A stretch of 63,256 nucleotides of DNA, filler included, from Octopus bimaculoides (GCF_001194135.2; 6 parts of 6 records of this genome joined end to end with filler, not necessarily neighbours in it); one strand, 5' to 3'; shown: positions 12,201 to 24,278, counted from the first letter of the whole stretch. The notes: generated by a model not told the origin, from the letters alone. Numbers and translations: made by a program.

Positions 12201-12492
12201 AAGGCCCGTGGCTTGATGGTTAAGGATATTCATCTCATGATCATATGGTCAAGTGCAATTTCCGGCAATGTCCTTGAGCTCCAGTCCACTGGAGTTGTAC
12301 CTGTATTTCAAAGGGTCAGCCATGTCACATTCTGTGTCCTGCTGAATCTCCCTGAGAACTACATTAAGAATACCTGTCTGTGGAGTGCTCAGCCACTTGT
12401 ACATTAATTTCACGAGCAAGCTGTTCTGTTGATTGGATCAACTGGAACTGTTGTCTTAACTTTGGGAGTGCCAGTCTAATAATCTGAAAAGA

Positions 12493-12826
12493 AGTAAACC
12501 ACCTTTGGTCATGGATGACAATGGGAATTGCACCTAGAAACTTACCCTCCGAGGCACAAGTCCGGGCAAGGTTGTTTATGGAAGACCAGCTGTCGCCCAT
12601 GCATGCCAGCTTCCCCCCTCCATGCCACCAGTGTTATCTAAGGGAAAGGCAAAGGCCAATACAACTTGGCACAAGTGATGTTGCAACTCATTTGTACACC
12701 TTAGTGAACTGGAGAAACATGAAATAAAGTGTCTTGCTCAAGAACATAACACACGGCCTGGTCTATCAAACTCATTATACCTGATTGTGAGCCCAGTGCT
12801 CGAACTACTGAGCCATGCACCTTCAC
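12493..12826 (-). mobile_element. tRNA-derived SINE, same family as 4553-4842
   Basis: Colinear similarity with 4553-4842. Confidence 0.7.
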
Positions 12827-13113
12827 CTCTATGTAATTACTAATTTAGGGAACTTTCAATATTGGGTTCTTAGCTTCCCAGGATTAACTACAATTGACAC
12901 ATCTAACACTATCATTAGTATTAGATGGTGAGCTGTATATGTGTTGGCTTCCTGTTTTTGTTGTGTTGTTTTATGGAAAGTAGGAGTACTCATCCATCCT
13001 AAAATTCTTCGGCTTTCAAACTGAATTCTGATCCTCTGTTGATCTACATTAGCACAACTTGAGTTTTACTATTTCTTAATCAAATACTTTCCTTTTAAAT
13101 ATATATTTCATTG

Positions 13114-13645
13114 TTTACTTGTTTCAGTCACAGGACTGCAGCTATGCTGGGGCATCGCTTTGAAGGGTTTAGTCAAATAAACCAACCCCACTACATATTT
13201 TTTAACCCCTTGCAGACGGGAAGCGGTACTGATCACACTGAAACAGTGTTCGTGTGAGCAGTGTGATGTCTCGCTCAGTGTGGCACCATTATTTCAAATA
13301 TACCACACTGAGAAGAGTCTGTAAATACACTATAAAATTATGTAGTTACTGAGCGGCCTAATACCAGGTACACAGCACAGACTGTCAGTACTAAATCCGT
13401 CTGCAACGGATTAAGTCTATCACCCTCATTTGCTAAATGTCTTAGTTGTGGGGATGTAAACAAACCAACAGTAATTGTCAAGTGGTGGCGGAGAGGGATA
13501 AAAATACACACAAATATGACAGGCCTCCAAACAGTGTTTGTCTACCAAATTCACTTGTAAGGCATTGGTTGGGCCAGGGCTGCTGCCCAGTGAGACTGAA
13601 ACCAAAACCATGTGGCTGCAAAGCAAGCTTCTTAATCACACAGCT
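13114..13645 (-). mobile_element. SINE family B interrupted by a MITE
   Basis: Family B sequence lies on both sides of 13202-13414. Confidence 0.7.
13202..13414. mobile_element. piggyBac-like MITE with TTAA TSD (element 13206-13410)
   Basis: TTAA-CCCCTTGCAGACGGG ... CCGTCTGCAACGGA-TTAA: imperfect TIRs, TTAA on both sides. Confidence 0.75.
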
Positions 13646-14277
13646 GTGTTGTTGTTTTTTTTTTTTATTTAATGATTGTTAATGATATACTCGTGTTTAG
13701 AGTATTGCTTGATGTTTCAAGTAATGTTGCTGTGATAGCATTGTAACCAAGAATCTTCCAGGACAAAATGAAATCCATTCAGTGAAGTTTACTGTTTCAG
13801 CTACCTTCATTGCTTGAGTTATGATTTCGTTTCTTGTTTCTGATTTAGCATGGTTTCTATGGCTGGATGCCCTTCCTAAAACCAACCACTCCAAGAGTGC
13901 AGTGGGTGCTTTTCATGTGCCAGATACGTAACTCTGGCATCAGCCATGACTACGATCTCACTTGGTTCAACAGGTCTTCTGAAGCACAGTATATTGCCAT
14001 AGGTGTTGGTCATTTGTCATTGCCTCCGTGAGGCCCAATATTCATAGGGTTCTATTTACATGCCACTAGCGCAGGTGCCAGTTAGGCGACACTGGCATCA
14101 GCCACAACTGGAACCTGGTGCAGCTTACCAGTTTTCAGTTAAACTATCCAACCCATGCTAGCATGAAAAAAAAAACAGACGTTAAATGATGATGATTTAA
14201 TGAAGTTTGGATTTACTTTCAAAAAGTGTTGTTTATTTCCCCCCTTTTTTTTTCATGAACTTATTTTTCTTTTATAG

Positions 14278-14418
14278 CCTTTAACTACTGTTACTTCTGG
14301 AGTAGGATTACAAAGCAGTGGTATGACGATTGGTTTGGGAGGAGACAAAGGCATAAATACAGACTGGAGGAATGGCAATGACCCGTTTATTCCATTCTAT
14401 GTCAAGTCTGCACGATCG
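14278..14418 (+). CDS. eIF4G: eIF4G linker exon
   Basis: Polypyrimidine tract + TAG acceptor and TCG|GTATGT donor; 141 nt, phase 0-0, open. PLTTVTSG...WRNGNDPFIPFYVKSARS; DPFIPFY resembles the conserved DF(T/M)PSF block between the 4E site and MIF4G. Confidence 0.75.
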
Positions 14419-15509
14419 GTATGTAATAGTTTACTTTCTGCATGCATAATATTAAAATGTTGCAATCAGTTTTGGGAAATTTCAAATATATAATTTAATC
14501 ATGATATCTTATAATCTAATCATAGGTCTTTTTGGTGGGGTGGGGACATGAAATCGTATTAATTCAGTATAGGCGAGGCAATGGTGTTTAGCAATATTAA
14601 GATATTGCTCTGGTTTAAAATTTGCAAACAAGGATTGTTAAAATATAGAATATTAGTTAAAAAATGGTATTAGTCAAATTACTGTAAGGCTACCTGTAAA
14701 AATTCTGAGTCTGCTGAAGATTTGACAGTGTTAGAATGTCCTGTGAAATGCAAGGTTTCAGAATGCTTAGGCATAAACTAGTCTTCAGCTACAAGTACTT
14801 TGCAAACAATGTTGATAGCTGCAGTCGTAATATCTAAGGCATAATGAAACACTACCTGAGTGACTACGTAACTGAACATAAAAGTATAAATCCATTTGCT
14901 GATTATTGAAAATGCTGGAAATCTGATTCAACTTGTTGATCATGCTACTGTTGTTAGCTTGTTGCAAAGGCTTTACCCAAAGGCCTGGTATATCTTGTTG
15001 CTGGCCCTACTGTTGCATGGGTTTTCTCAGCACTACAAGCCAATAAAAATCTTTATTAATTGTATTATGACACTTGTCTACAACAATGAACTGTATTTCT
15101 TCATGCTGCAAAACCTGGAAAAGAGGAGCAACTGATGTCAAATATTTCAGCCTTCCTCTTTCTAGCTCTGTTTCTCAACTGGATTCAATATGGCCCTTGA
15201 GAGTCCATATAAGATTTTGTATCTCCAATAAGTTAGTTGTACTTCTTCAATACACAAGACATTTTAATAATTATTTTTATATGATTTTTTTTTAAACATC
15301 AAATGATTATGAGTGTCCACAAGTAAGACAGGAATCAAAGGGGTCCAGAGGTAAAAAAATGGTTGAGAAACTCTGGTCTCACCACTAGTTGCGTCCAGTA
15401 TCACAGTTGGTGTGAGATGAGCATATAAATGAGTTTTAGTCTGGAGCTAACTATTTTTAGCCGTATATTCCTTACTTCATTGTTGTTTGTATTTAACTCG
15501 TTTTTTTTG

Positions 15510-15540
<31 letters not shown>

Positions 15541-15554
15541 TATACAAATTTCAG

Positions 15555-15854
15555 TCTGTTGGTGGTGTTACAAAAAGAGGTAGTCAACAAGGGAAGAAAG
15601 AAGTGAAAAACATTATCATTCAAATTCCAAAAGAAGTGAAGTTAAAGACCTGTGAGAATGCTTGGTTACCATCGTCAAAGAAACCGCAAATTGTAGTCGA
15701 TGATAGTGGTGTTGATGCTGTTGTGAAGCGAGTGCGAAGTATACTTAATAAACTCACTCCACAGAACTTTGAAACCTTAGTAGATCAGATGGAATTAATT
15801 CTTATTGATACTGAAGACAAACTTGGTGCTGTAACAGACCTTGTCTTTGAAAAG
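15555..15854 (+). CDS. eIF4G: eIF4G exon, start of the MIF4G (HEAT-1) domain
   Basis: Acceptor tttcag|, donor AAG|GTATGG; 300 nt, phase 0-0. RGSQQGKKEVK..I...VKL...ENAWLP and KRVRSILNKLTPQNFETLVDQM....IDTEDKL..V.DLVFEK are diagnostic of eIF4G MIF4G. Confidence 0.95.
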
Positions 15855-16299
15855 GTATGGTACTATTATTGTCTTGATGGTAATAACTTACCACAAATGA
15901 TATTGTCTTTAGATGTTTATATATATATGTGCAGCCGTGGGTGTGGTTGAGTTTTCTTCAGTCCAACAGCACAGCACTTTGGGTGTCTCTTACTGTGGCC
16001 TCAAGGTGACCATAGCCTTGTGTGTGGATATGGAAACTAAAAGAAGCTATTCGTGTGCACACGCCCGCACACACACTTCTTACTGCATGAAGTTTTGTCA
16101 GTGAACAGGTCACAGTTTCAAAACGAAAATATTTTGACACAAATTAAATTTAAATGTTGAAGTGAATCTAATGGTGAATCTAATGCCTTATAAGCATCTT
16201 CCACGCTGCAATTGTTTATATATATGATTTGATCTAGTTTCAGCTCATGAGGTGTGGCTACATAATTTTACTTCACTAATTCTTTTTAGAAATTGACAT

Positions 16300-16900
16300 T
16301 TGATGCATGAGGGAGTTTCATGCCGCTGCCCTCATCTGCACTTCTTGCTGCGAAGTTGGTTCATCTGGGACACTTGACAGATTGAGGTCTAGTTTTGTTT
16401 TCGAGACACATCCACCCCATGTAGGTTTCTTGGCTCCTTCAGGAGGATATTGAAGAGCTGTGAGCCTTTAAAACCCAGGCTGTTGCAATATCTTGTCTTA
16501 TATCTTGATGGCAAAGTTGGAGTCTTTGGCACTATGCAGTGGTGCCCTGTTCTAGCATTAGTGTAACTCTCAATGCTAAAGTTTGGGACAAGTTCCTCTA
16601 GGATCTTCCAGATGTATATTATGGCATAGAGACCATATTCTTTGTGTTGCTTTGTCTCTCAGGAAAGGAATTTTAGTCCTGTTACTAAGTGTTAAGTCTT
16701 CTGATGTTCAGTAAGAGCACCCATGTGATATCAATGTTGTTGTTCAGTGGTGTCCACCTTGGGTACATTTGTCTATTGGGGATCGTCCCATCTGTGAGAT
16801 TGATGTAGCCAGGACATTTGCTGTACAATCTTTTGTGCCAAGCACAAAAAAGACTGTTCAGCAGCTGCCCTTTCAACATGTTGATAGGACTGGTTTGTAA
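16300..16900 (-). mobile_element. CR1/L2-like LINE, degenerate ORF2 C-terminus
   Basis: Minus strand reads YAIIYIWKILEELVPNFSIESYTNARTGHHCIVPK...RYCNSLGFKGSQLFNIL, typical of the end of CR1-group ORF2; same family as 35705-36480. Confidence 0.7.
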
Positions 16901-17796
16901 CATGCATTACATCTGCATATTTCTATTTTGGGGCAGGTGGTACGTGATCCTTTCCTTTTGGCAGGTAGTTTCCACCCTGTTTCATGTTAGTGGGCAAAAC
17001 GGCAGACACCTTTCATGTAGAATTCACATATTTGTGTATGCCGTCTCTTTTTACCCTTTTTGTTGTATGGGTAGTCAGACTTGCTTCTTTCTTCGGTTGT
17101 TTCATCTTTTGTTTTCATTTTTGCTTCTTTTGGTTGTCCTTTCTTGACTCTTTCACTTACTTGGGGTTTTTTTTCCTGGCGGGTTTCTCACTTATACCTT
17201 CTTCTTTGTTTCCTTGAGTGTCTACCGAGTGGGGGATCATCTTTCATCTACATACGTGCCTCCATCCTTGTCATCTTTGCTCTGTTCATTAGCAAAGATG
17301 CCATCAAGAGTCCTGATGTGGGATCTTATGAGAGCGTAGGAGCGTATAAACTCCTGCTTCTTTCGCTCTTTCTGTGCTAAAGTTCTTGAGTAGCCATAGG
17401 TCTTCAGTGCAGATGTAATGATATTATTTGGGTTATCTCCTTCAACACAATGCCTGGCTCTCAGAAATAATGTCAGTTCCATGCTCCTCCAGTTTCTGGA
17501 TGTCCTTCATATATATATATATATAGACACAGACAGACATATACAAATCAGCACAAAGCATAAGGATGCAGAGAAGCATCAACCTGCTAGAAATAAGAGC
17601 TAAAGTCTTACATTAAAGCACCAAGATAACAGAAATAACAGTAGGTGAGGAAACAGAAAGAAATAATATATTCAAAAGCATACCTATGAAAGATTATGCT
17701 GTTTAGGATATCTACATACCTGTTTGTTTGTGCGCATGTGTGTGGGCATATACATATATATATGTATATATATTATATATACATGTATATATTATA

Positions 17797-18193
17797 CTAG
17801 CAGAGCCACCCGGCGTTGCCTAATGAAATTGTTGCTTATTGGTACTTGGAAACTTTTACGATAATTAAAATGGGGATTAAATGAAAAAAATTCACACAGC
17901 GAATATACCACGTTATTGTTTCACTGTTATATACACAGTTATACTTTGACGCATGTCAGTTGAAAAGTGAAAGTGTAATAGTAATACTTACTTTAACACT
18001 CAATGGTTTTACACTTTTGTATATGACATGTACGTGCTTCTTCATATACTATGTTTTCTGTCTTGCCATGTTTATCACTGAGAATGTAGAGGTTCTTTTC
18101 ATCTCCAACTCTAGAACATCCAACATACAGCTGACCATGTGAGAAGCAAGGTTGAAGGAGGTTAAGTCCCACCACCTTTAGAGATTGACCATG
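17797..18193 (-). mobile_element. Helitron 3' end (Pif1-type helicase C-terminus + CTAG terminus)
   Basis: Minus strand encodes GQSLKVVGLNLLQPCFSHGQLYVGCSRVG...KTENIVYEE (Pif1/RepHel C-terminal motifs) and ends ...GGCAACGCCGGGTGGCTCTG-CTAG|T. Truncated by the scaffold end. Confidence 0.88.
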
Positions 18194-18293
18194 NNNNNNN
18201 NNNNNNNNNNNNNNNNNNNNNNNNNNNNNNNNNNNNNTTAATTAATTAANNNNNNNNNNNNNNNNNNNNNNNNNNNNNNNNNNNNNNNNNNNN
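18194..18293. other. Artificial scaffold spacer (N44-TTAATTAATTAA-N44)
   Basis: Exactly 100 bp; self-complementary 12-mer with TAA in all six frames; recurs identically five times. Confidence 0.95.
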
Positions 18294-18367
18294 CCTCATC
18301 AGTGGTCCTTTGTTTCCTTCCTTCTTATGTGTGTCTCACCTTAATACAAAATGGCTGATATTTAGCT

Positions 18368-18525
18368 AAATTATTTCATTGCACTCTTGCAATCTCTTCA
18401 GTAACTTGTCTCTCCACTTCCATTTATAAACGTACGTTTATAAACTCTAACCTTTTAGGTGAAAAATAAATGGAAGTGGAGAGACAAGTTACTTAAGAGA
18501 TTGCAAGAGTGCAATGAAATAATTT
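18368..18525. repeat. Fold-back inverted repeat, 60-bp arms (1 mismatch), 38-bp loop
   Basis: 18368-18427 is the reverse complement of 18466-18525. Confidence 0.95.
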
Positions 18526-18870
18526 AACAAAAAACTATATAAATTGATAAAGGACTGAACCAGTGCGTGTGTTTATTACCGGCATAATGCCTCTCCCAAG
18601 GTTTAATTGTATTTCTTTCAACACACGTATCCACATCAAGAATCTTGCACACGAAATATACATACGAAATTATCATTATTATTTTCTAACTTTTCAAGTT
18701 TAAAACTGCAAGACATGGCAGCGGTAGACATCGCTTGCAATATATAGAAAGCAGTGTCATACAATCACTAATTTTGTAACTAGGAAACTAGTCCATTAGA
18801 AAATGTGTTTGAGATAGAAGCGGTATACGAACCAAAAAGTATAGCTTATGGTCATTTTAACGCAGCTGCC

Positions 18871-19128
18871 CCCTAAGAGACAACGATACTGCCATTTAAC
18901 CCCAGGAAGACGTCTCCTCCAGCTGGTTTATTCAGTGAGCTTCTCGCACTCGTTATTCATTACAAGCGAGAGATAATTCCTGCCACTCTGGCTTCAAGAC
19001 CACCAAACAACGTGGTCTTGATTTGTATTGGATCTCCTCGGTGGCGGATACTCATGCAAGGCACTGAATAAACCAGCTGGAGGAGACGTCTTCCTGGTGT
19101 TAAATGGCAGTGTCGTCGTCTCTTAGGG
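18871..19128. mobile_element. MITE-like element with 67-bp inverted repeats
   Basis: 18871-18937 vs 19062-19128 are reverse complements with 3 mismatches. Confidence 0.8.
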
Positions 19129-19137
19129 TAGAGCCAT

Positions 19138-19471
19138 GTTGGCACTCCGTCGCTTACGACGTCGAGGGTTACAGTTGATCCGATCAATGGAACAGCCTGC
19201 TCGTGAAATTAACGTGCAAGTGGCTGAGCACTCCACAGACACAGTGTGACAAGGCTGACCCTTTGAAATACAGGCACAACAGAAACAGGAAGTAAGAGAA
19301 AGTTGTGGTGAAAGAGTACAGCTGGGTTCGCCACCATCCCCTGCCGGAGCCTCGTGGAGTTTTAGGTGTTTTCGCTCAATAAACACTCACAAACACGCCC
19401 GGTCTGGGAATCGAAACCGCAATCCTATGACCGCGAGTTCGCTGCCCTAACCACTGGGCCATTGCGCCTCC
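19138..19471 (-). mobile_element. tRNA-derived SINE family A, near full length
   Basis: Minus strand GGAGGCGCAATGGCCCAGTGGTTAGGGCAGC...GGTTTCGATTCCC (A and B boxes); TAGAGCCAT duplicated at 19129-19137 and 19476-19484. Confidence 0.9.
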
Positions 19472-20280
19472 TGGTTAGAGCCATATTAAAGTAGCTTTAA
19501 GCAATACTTTTTAATTCATATGCTGCTTCGATCTCGAACATAGATTCTCTAACAGACTAGTGTCCTAAAAATTAATATCATTTTTCATAATTAGCTTAGA
19601 AAACCATATATCAGAATAAGTAAATTTGGAAACGATTGGAACAAAAATAAGAAAAATTCGAAATCTGTTGCAGCAAACGAAAAGAACTCTCGAACGTGTT
19701 TAATTATAACTTTAGCGGAATATGCATTTTTGCCTATCTGCCAGGTAAGCGTTTGAAGTAGATGTAGTAGGTTTGCTCCCGAATGACGAGGAGGCCTCAC
19801 GCAACGTACGTTTATAAACTGTAACCTTTTAGGTGAAATACCTTTGTCAAAACACACACACAGAAACTTAGTAGTTTATATTTGAATTTTAAAAGAAAGG
19901 ACAGATAAACATTTCCGTAATTCTGTTCCTGGGAACTTGAGCAAAATATCTCAGGGAATTTGCTTTATCTTTTTTCTCTGCTACCACGTTAATATCAAAT
20001 ATTTGTCAGCGTTGAAAAGATTCCTTGTCAAACATACAAATGGTGGTGTTAAAATATTATATTGCAGTTTCCAAAGAGACGTGACGTCATTGGCCTTTTT
20101 CTTTTCTTCTTCTTCCTCCTCCTTTTTCTTCTTCTTTGTCCTCCTTCTCCTTCTCACCTTCTGCAAAGTCTTCTTTAATAGGAGTTCCTCAATGGCGGTT
20201 GGTGGCAGAAGCGTACCTAATGAAAAGATTGACTGAACAATTTTCTTGTGAAGTTAAAAGTTGCGAGAGAAAGGTATACG

Positions 20281-20428
20281 TGTGCACGCAAGTATGTTTA
20301 TCTTTATGTATACATGTGTTTGCGTGTACGCGTATACGTTATACATACACATATAGATTTGTGTGTGTGTATATGTATCTATAAATGTATAAATGTATGT
20401 TTGTGCGTGTATAATATACGTACATATG

Positions 20429-20460
<32 letters not shown>

Positions 20461-20855
20461 ATGTAATACAAATAATATGTGAGTATATGCATATATGTAC
20501 ATACATGTACGTATACGTACATATATGTACATACCTACATCTACATGTATATAGAGATGCATATCTGGGTACAGGACGTCACAAAAAAAAACGTGGACAA
20601 AATGATAAACAGAACACAGAAAACAAACAGGCCACATAGAGAATATTTCCTTCATCAGCTGCCCCTATTCTAAACTAAACGTTTCGAAGAACTAGGGCAG
20701 GACGCATGGTTAGAATAGTTCTTCCCGCGGAAACAAATTAAATTAAATTAGATTTGCAATGCGGAGGAATAGTGGCAAACAGAAAACACAACAGGAGGAC
20801 GAAACGGTGAAAATATACAAGAAGGGCTGTAGGCCAGACGTGAAAAAATATCTGT

Positions 20856-20906
<51 letters not shown>

Positions 20907-20930
20907 TACATACAGACACATATATGTGTG
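20281..20930. repeat. (TA)/(TG)/(TATG) low-complexity tracts
   Basis: Direct reading. Confidence 0.85.
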
Positions 20931-21770
20931 TGTCCGTGTGTCCGTGTTTATCCCACCCCACCGTTTGGAGTGGTTTCGTTACTGGAAATTAGCGGTAAGA
21001 AACCGATAGACCAAGTATCTAGCCTAAGAGTTCTTCGAGGTGCCCCAGCGTGGGCGTTGTCTAATAATTGTAACAAGCAAAACAATAAAAGATAAAAGAT
21101 AAAAAGAAAAACAGATTTCCTCAGAACCAATGTTGAAAAACCATGTTTTCGCAGAACGAGGAACGACGACGCGCTAAATTTATGGAATCGCAGCGACCGG
21201 ACGTTAATGGATCTGTCAAACGGTAAACCATGAAATCATGATTAACATGCCCCTAGTATACGAATGTATGTGTATTAGTCTGTACATATATGTACGTGCA
21301 CGCTCGCAGGTGCACACACACACAAACACAAACAAACACACACACTTACACACAAACTCACACACAGACACAGACAGACACACACACAAACGAACGCACA
21401 TTTTCTCTATTTTTTCCTTTTTCGGAGCAAATTTTGCTTACAGTTGTTTCCAGTAGTCATTATAGGTGCATTACTAATAGGTTTACTCAACTGATCTTGC
21501 TCAGCTGAGGAAAATTGAACGGCTAAAGAAAATTAATACTGCTTTCGTCAGAGCTATTTCCGGTTATAACAAGCAGAGTACTGGTGTAAAAACCAGTTTG
21601 TCTGAGACCATCCACGGATTTACAATATAGAATTGTGATGAACCATAACCTTGGAGCCTACCAAAAGATTATCTGAAGTTTTTCACTAATCTAAGTAATA
21701 TCGTAAGTCCTGTGTGTCAACAGAAAGCTTAGGAAGTATTTTGCCAGGATTGATAATCCCTCTCTATTTG

Positions 21771-21810
<40 letters not shown>

Positions 21811-22406
21811 TGTAAATCAAAAAAATAACAACAAAACTACAAAGGATTCCGCGGTACACGTGTTTCAAGCTTTACATGTGTATAATATAATATAATATAA
21901 TATAATATAATATAATATAATATAATATAATATGTGTATAATTTACAATGTAAAGCTATCCTCAGCCGCAAAATTATTTCTCTCCCAGGAAATTATATCA
22001 TCTCGGCGTTGAAGTAGGAAGAAAGGTGTGATGTAAGAGGTGAAGATCCTTTCGGTATTCTGTATAGTACTATACCTCGTATAATTCTCCACCCAGACAT
22101 AATCTCTCCGGTCCTCCGAAAACCTTCCATACCTTGCCACGATTCAGTGTGTAGTGTTAAGTTGGTGGTTAAGAACAATACAATACAATAAAAAGACATA
22201 CACAGATATTCATGTAAAAAAGTCAGAATAAACTTAAAATAAAACTTAAAATAAAAAAAAAATAAAAAAAAATAATAATAAAGGGAATCATATCGGTGGG
22301 GCGGGTAATCTAGGAAGTAATAAGAGAAAGACTGGATAGTCAAGTAAGCTACATCTAAGCTATTTAGATGGGTTGGTGAAGGGTATGTCTATGTATATAT
22401 ATATAC

Positions 22407-22556
22407 GACGGCCTTTTTACAATTTCAGTCTACCAAATCCATTCACAAGGCTTTAGTCGGCCCGTGGCTGTAGTGGAAAATACTTGCCCAAGTTGCCACA
22501 CAGTGGGACTGAACTCGGAATTGTGGCTGGGAAGCAAACTTTTTACTACGCAGTCA
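22407..22556 (-). mobile_element. SINE family B, 5' fragment
   Basis: gtctaccaaatcc...cagtgggactgaac motif. Confidence 0.7.
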
Positions 22557-22816
22557 TGCTACATAAACTTCTCCCTTCGGACCCTTCTTGCACTTCAGAA
22601 AATTTCTGCTGGCGTCCTGGGATCCACACATCAACACGGTCAATTTGTTAGCAGTCAAAGGCAGACGATCCTTTGTTGTTGACAGTAACGAAGTCTTTTC
22701 CTCTTCCATTTTCTAGAGAGACCACTTTTGCTAGAGATGTTATAGGCCAAGGGGTTTTAGGGTCTGAAGGAACACTGTAAGGCTAAGCGCTTTATGGATA
22801 TGAAACCCAGGACAAC

Positions 22817-22975
<159 letters not shown>

Positions 22976-23123
22976 ATATTGTAGTGTCTCCCTTTGTTTT
23001 GTATTTTGTAACTCGTCTTTTGATATTGTTCTCTATGCCATGAGTTCTTGTGGCCAATAAAAATCCTCCTCCTACTCCTCCTCATCATCATTATAATAAT
23101 AATAATAATAATTATTATTATTA

Positions 23124-23354
23124 TTGTTCAGTAGTTTTATTTTTATAACGTGCTTTCACTTCACTACCGAGCGCAGCTCTGTGCGCCTTGGGTATGTGCT
23201 GTGGTTTGCTGTGATGCTCTTATGGTTACTGTATTGAAAGTGTTTTGCGTAGGATGTGTGCAGTGCCCAGTAGTGCAATTTTCTGTATGTTATGTATATT
23301 TGTAAATCCTGGTGTTTTTGTTATGTATTTGTCTGAATATTTTTTTATTATAAT
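23124..23354 (-). mobile_element. R4/Dong-like (RLE) LINE 3' end
   Basis: Minus strand ...KTPGFTNIHNIQKIALLGTAHILRKTLSIQ*, then about 100-nt 3' UTR and an (AAT)n tail. The QKxxLLGTAxILR terminus is typical of RLE LINEs. Confidence 0.75.
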
Positions 23355-23524
23355 NNNNNNNNNNNNNNNNNNNNNNNNNNNNNNNNNNNNNNNNNNNNNN
23401 NNNNNNNNNNNNNNNNNNNNNNNNNNNNNNNNNNNNNNNNNNNNNNNNNNNNNNNNNNNNTCTATCTGTTTGTATCGGGAAGTTATTATTATTATTATTA
23501 TTATCATCATTATTATTATTATTA

Positions 23525-23755
23525 TTGTTCAGTAGTTTTATTTTTATAACGTGCTTTCACTTCACTACCGAGCGCAGCTCTGTGTGCCTTGGGTATGTGC
23601 TGTGGTTTGCTGTGATGCTCTTATGGTTACTGTATTGAAAGTGTTTTGCGTAGGATGTGTGCAGTGCCCAGTAGTGCAATTTTCTGTATGTTATGTATAT
23701 TTGTAAATCCTGGTGTTTTTGTTATGTATTTGTCTGAATATTTTTTTATTATAAT
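23525..23755 (-). mobile_element. R4/Dong-like LINE 3' end, duplicate of 23124-23354
   Basis: Identical apart from one C/T difference that I noticed. Confidence 0.75.
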
Positions 23756-23939
23756 AATACATACATGTGTATGTATTGATATGTGTTTGTTATTATTATT
23801 ATCATTATTATTATTATTGTTGTTGTTAATCATGTACAAGTACGTGTATACTCATCGAACTGAAGAATATCTTTCATAATTGCTGAGAGTATTGAACATA
23901 TTTTGTGTGTGATTTTTGGCCCACTATGCATATATACAC

Positions 23940-23970
<31 letters not shown>

Positions 23971-24232
23971 TGTATGTGCGTGCGGATCAAAACCTGTTGA
24001 ACAAGTACATACATTTGCAGATAATACATACATATATGCGTATATACATGCAAACACACGGCTACATGACCGCACGCACATACACACACATATCTGTACA
24101 TACACATGTATATACATGTATGTATATGTGTGTACATATGTAAGTAGGTGTATACATACACACGCACACATACGCAAACGAAAACACACACACACACATA
24201 TATACATATGCATATACATACACATACATGTA

Positions 24233-24278
<46 letters not shown>

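Noticed and set aside
15913-16104. Next eIF4G exon
   Set aside because: The translation lacks the expected AISEP.FS..YA.MC continuation of MIF4G.
18238-18249. TTAATTAATTAA as a biological motif
   Set aside because: Always centred in exactly 44+44 Ns; an assembly linker (same at 33149, 45897, 56008 and 62092).
19138-19471. tRNA genes at SINE heads (also 27466, 49307, 60780 and others)
   Set aside because: The A/B boxes run into conserved SINE bodies with tails and TSDs; there is no complete cloverleaf.
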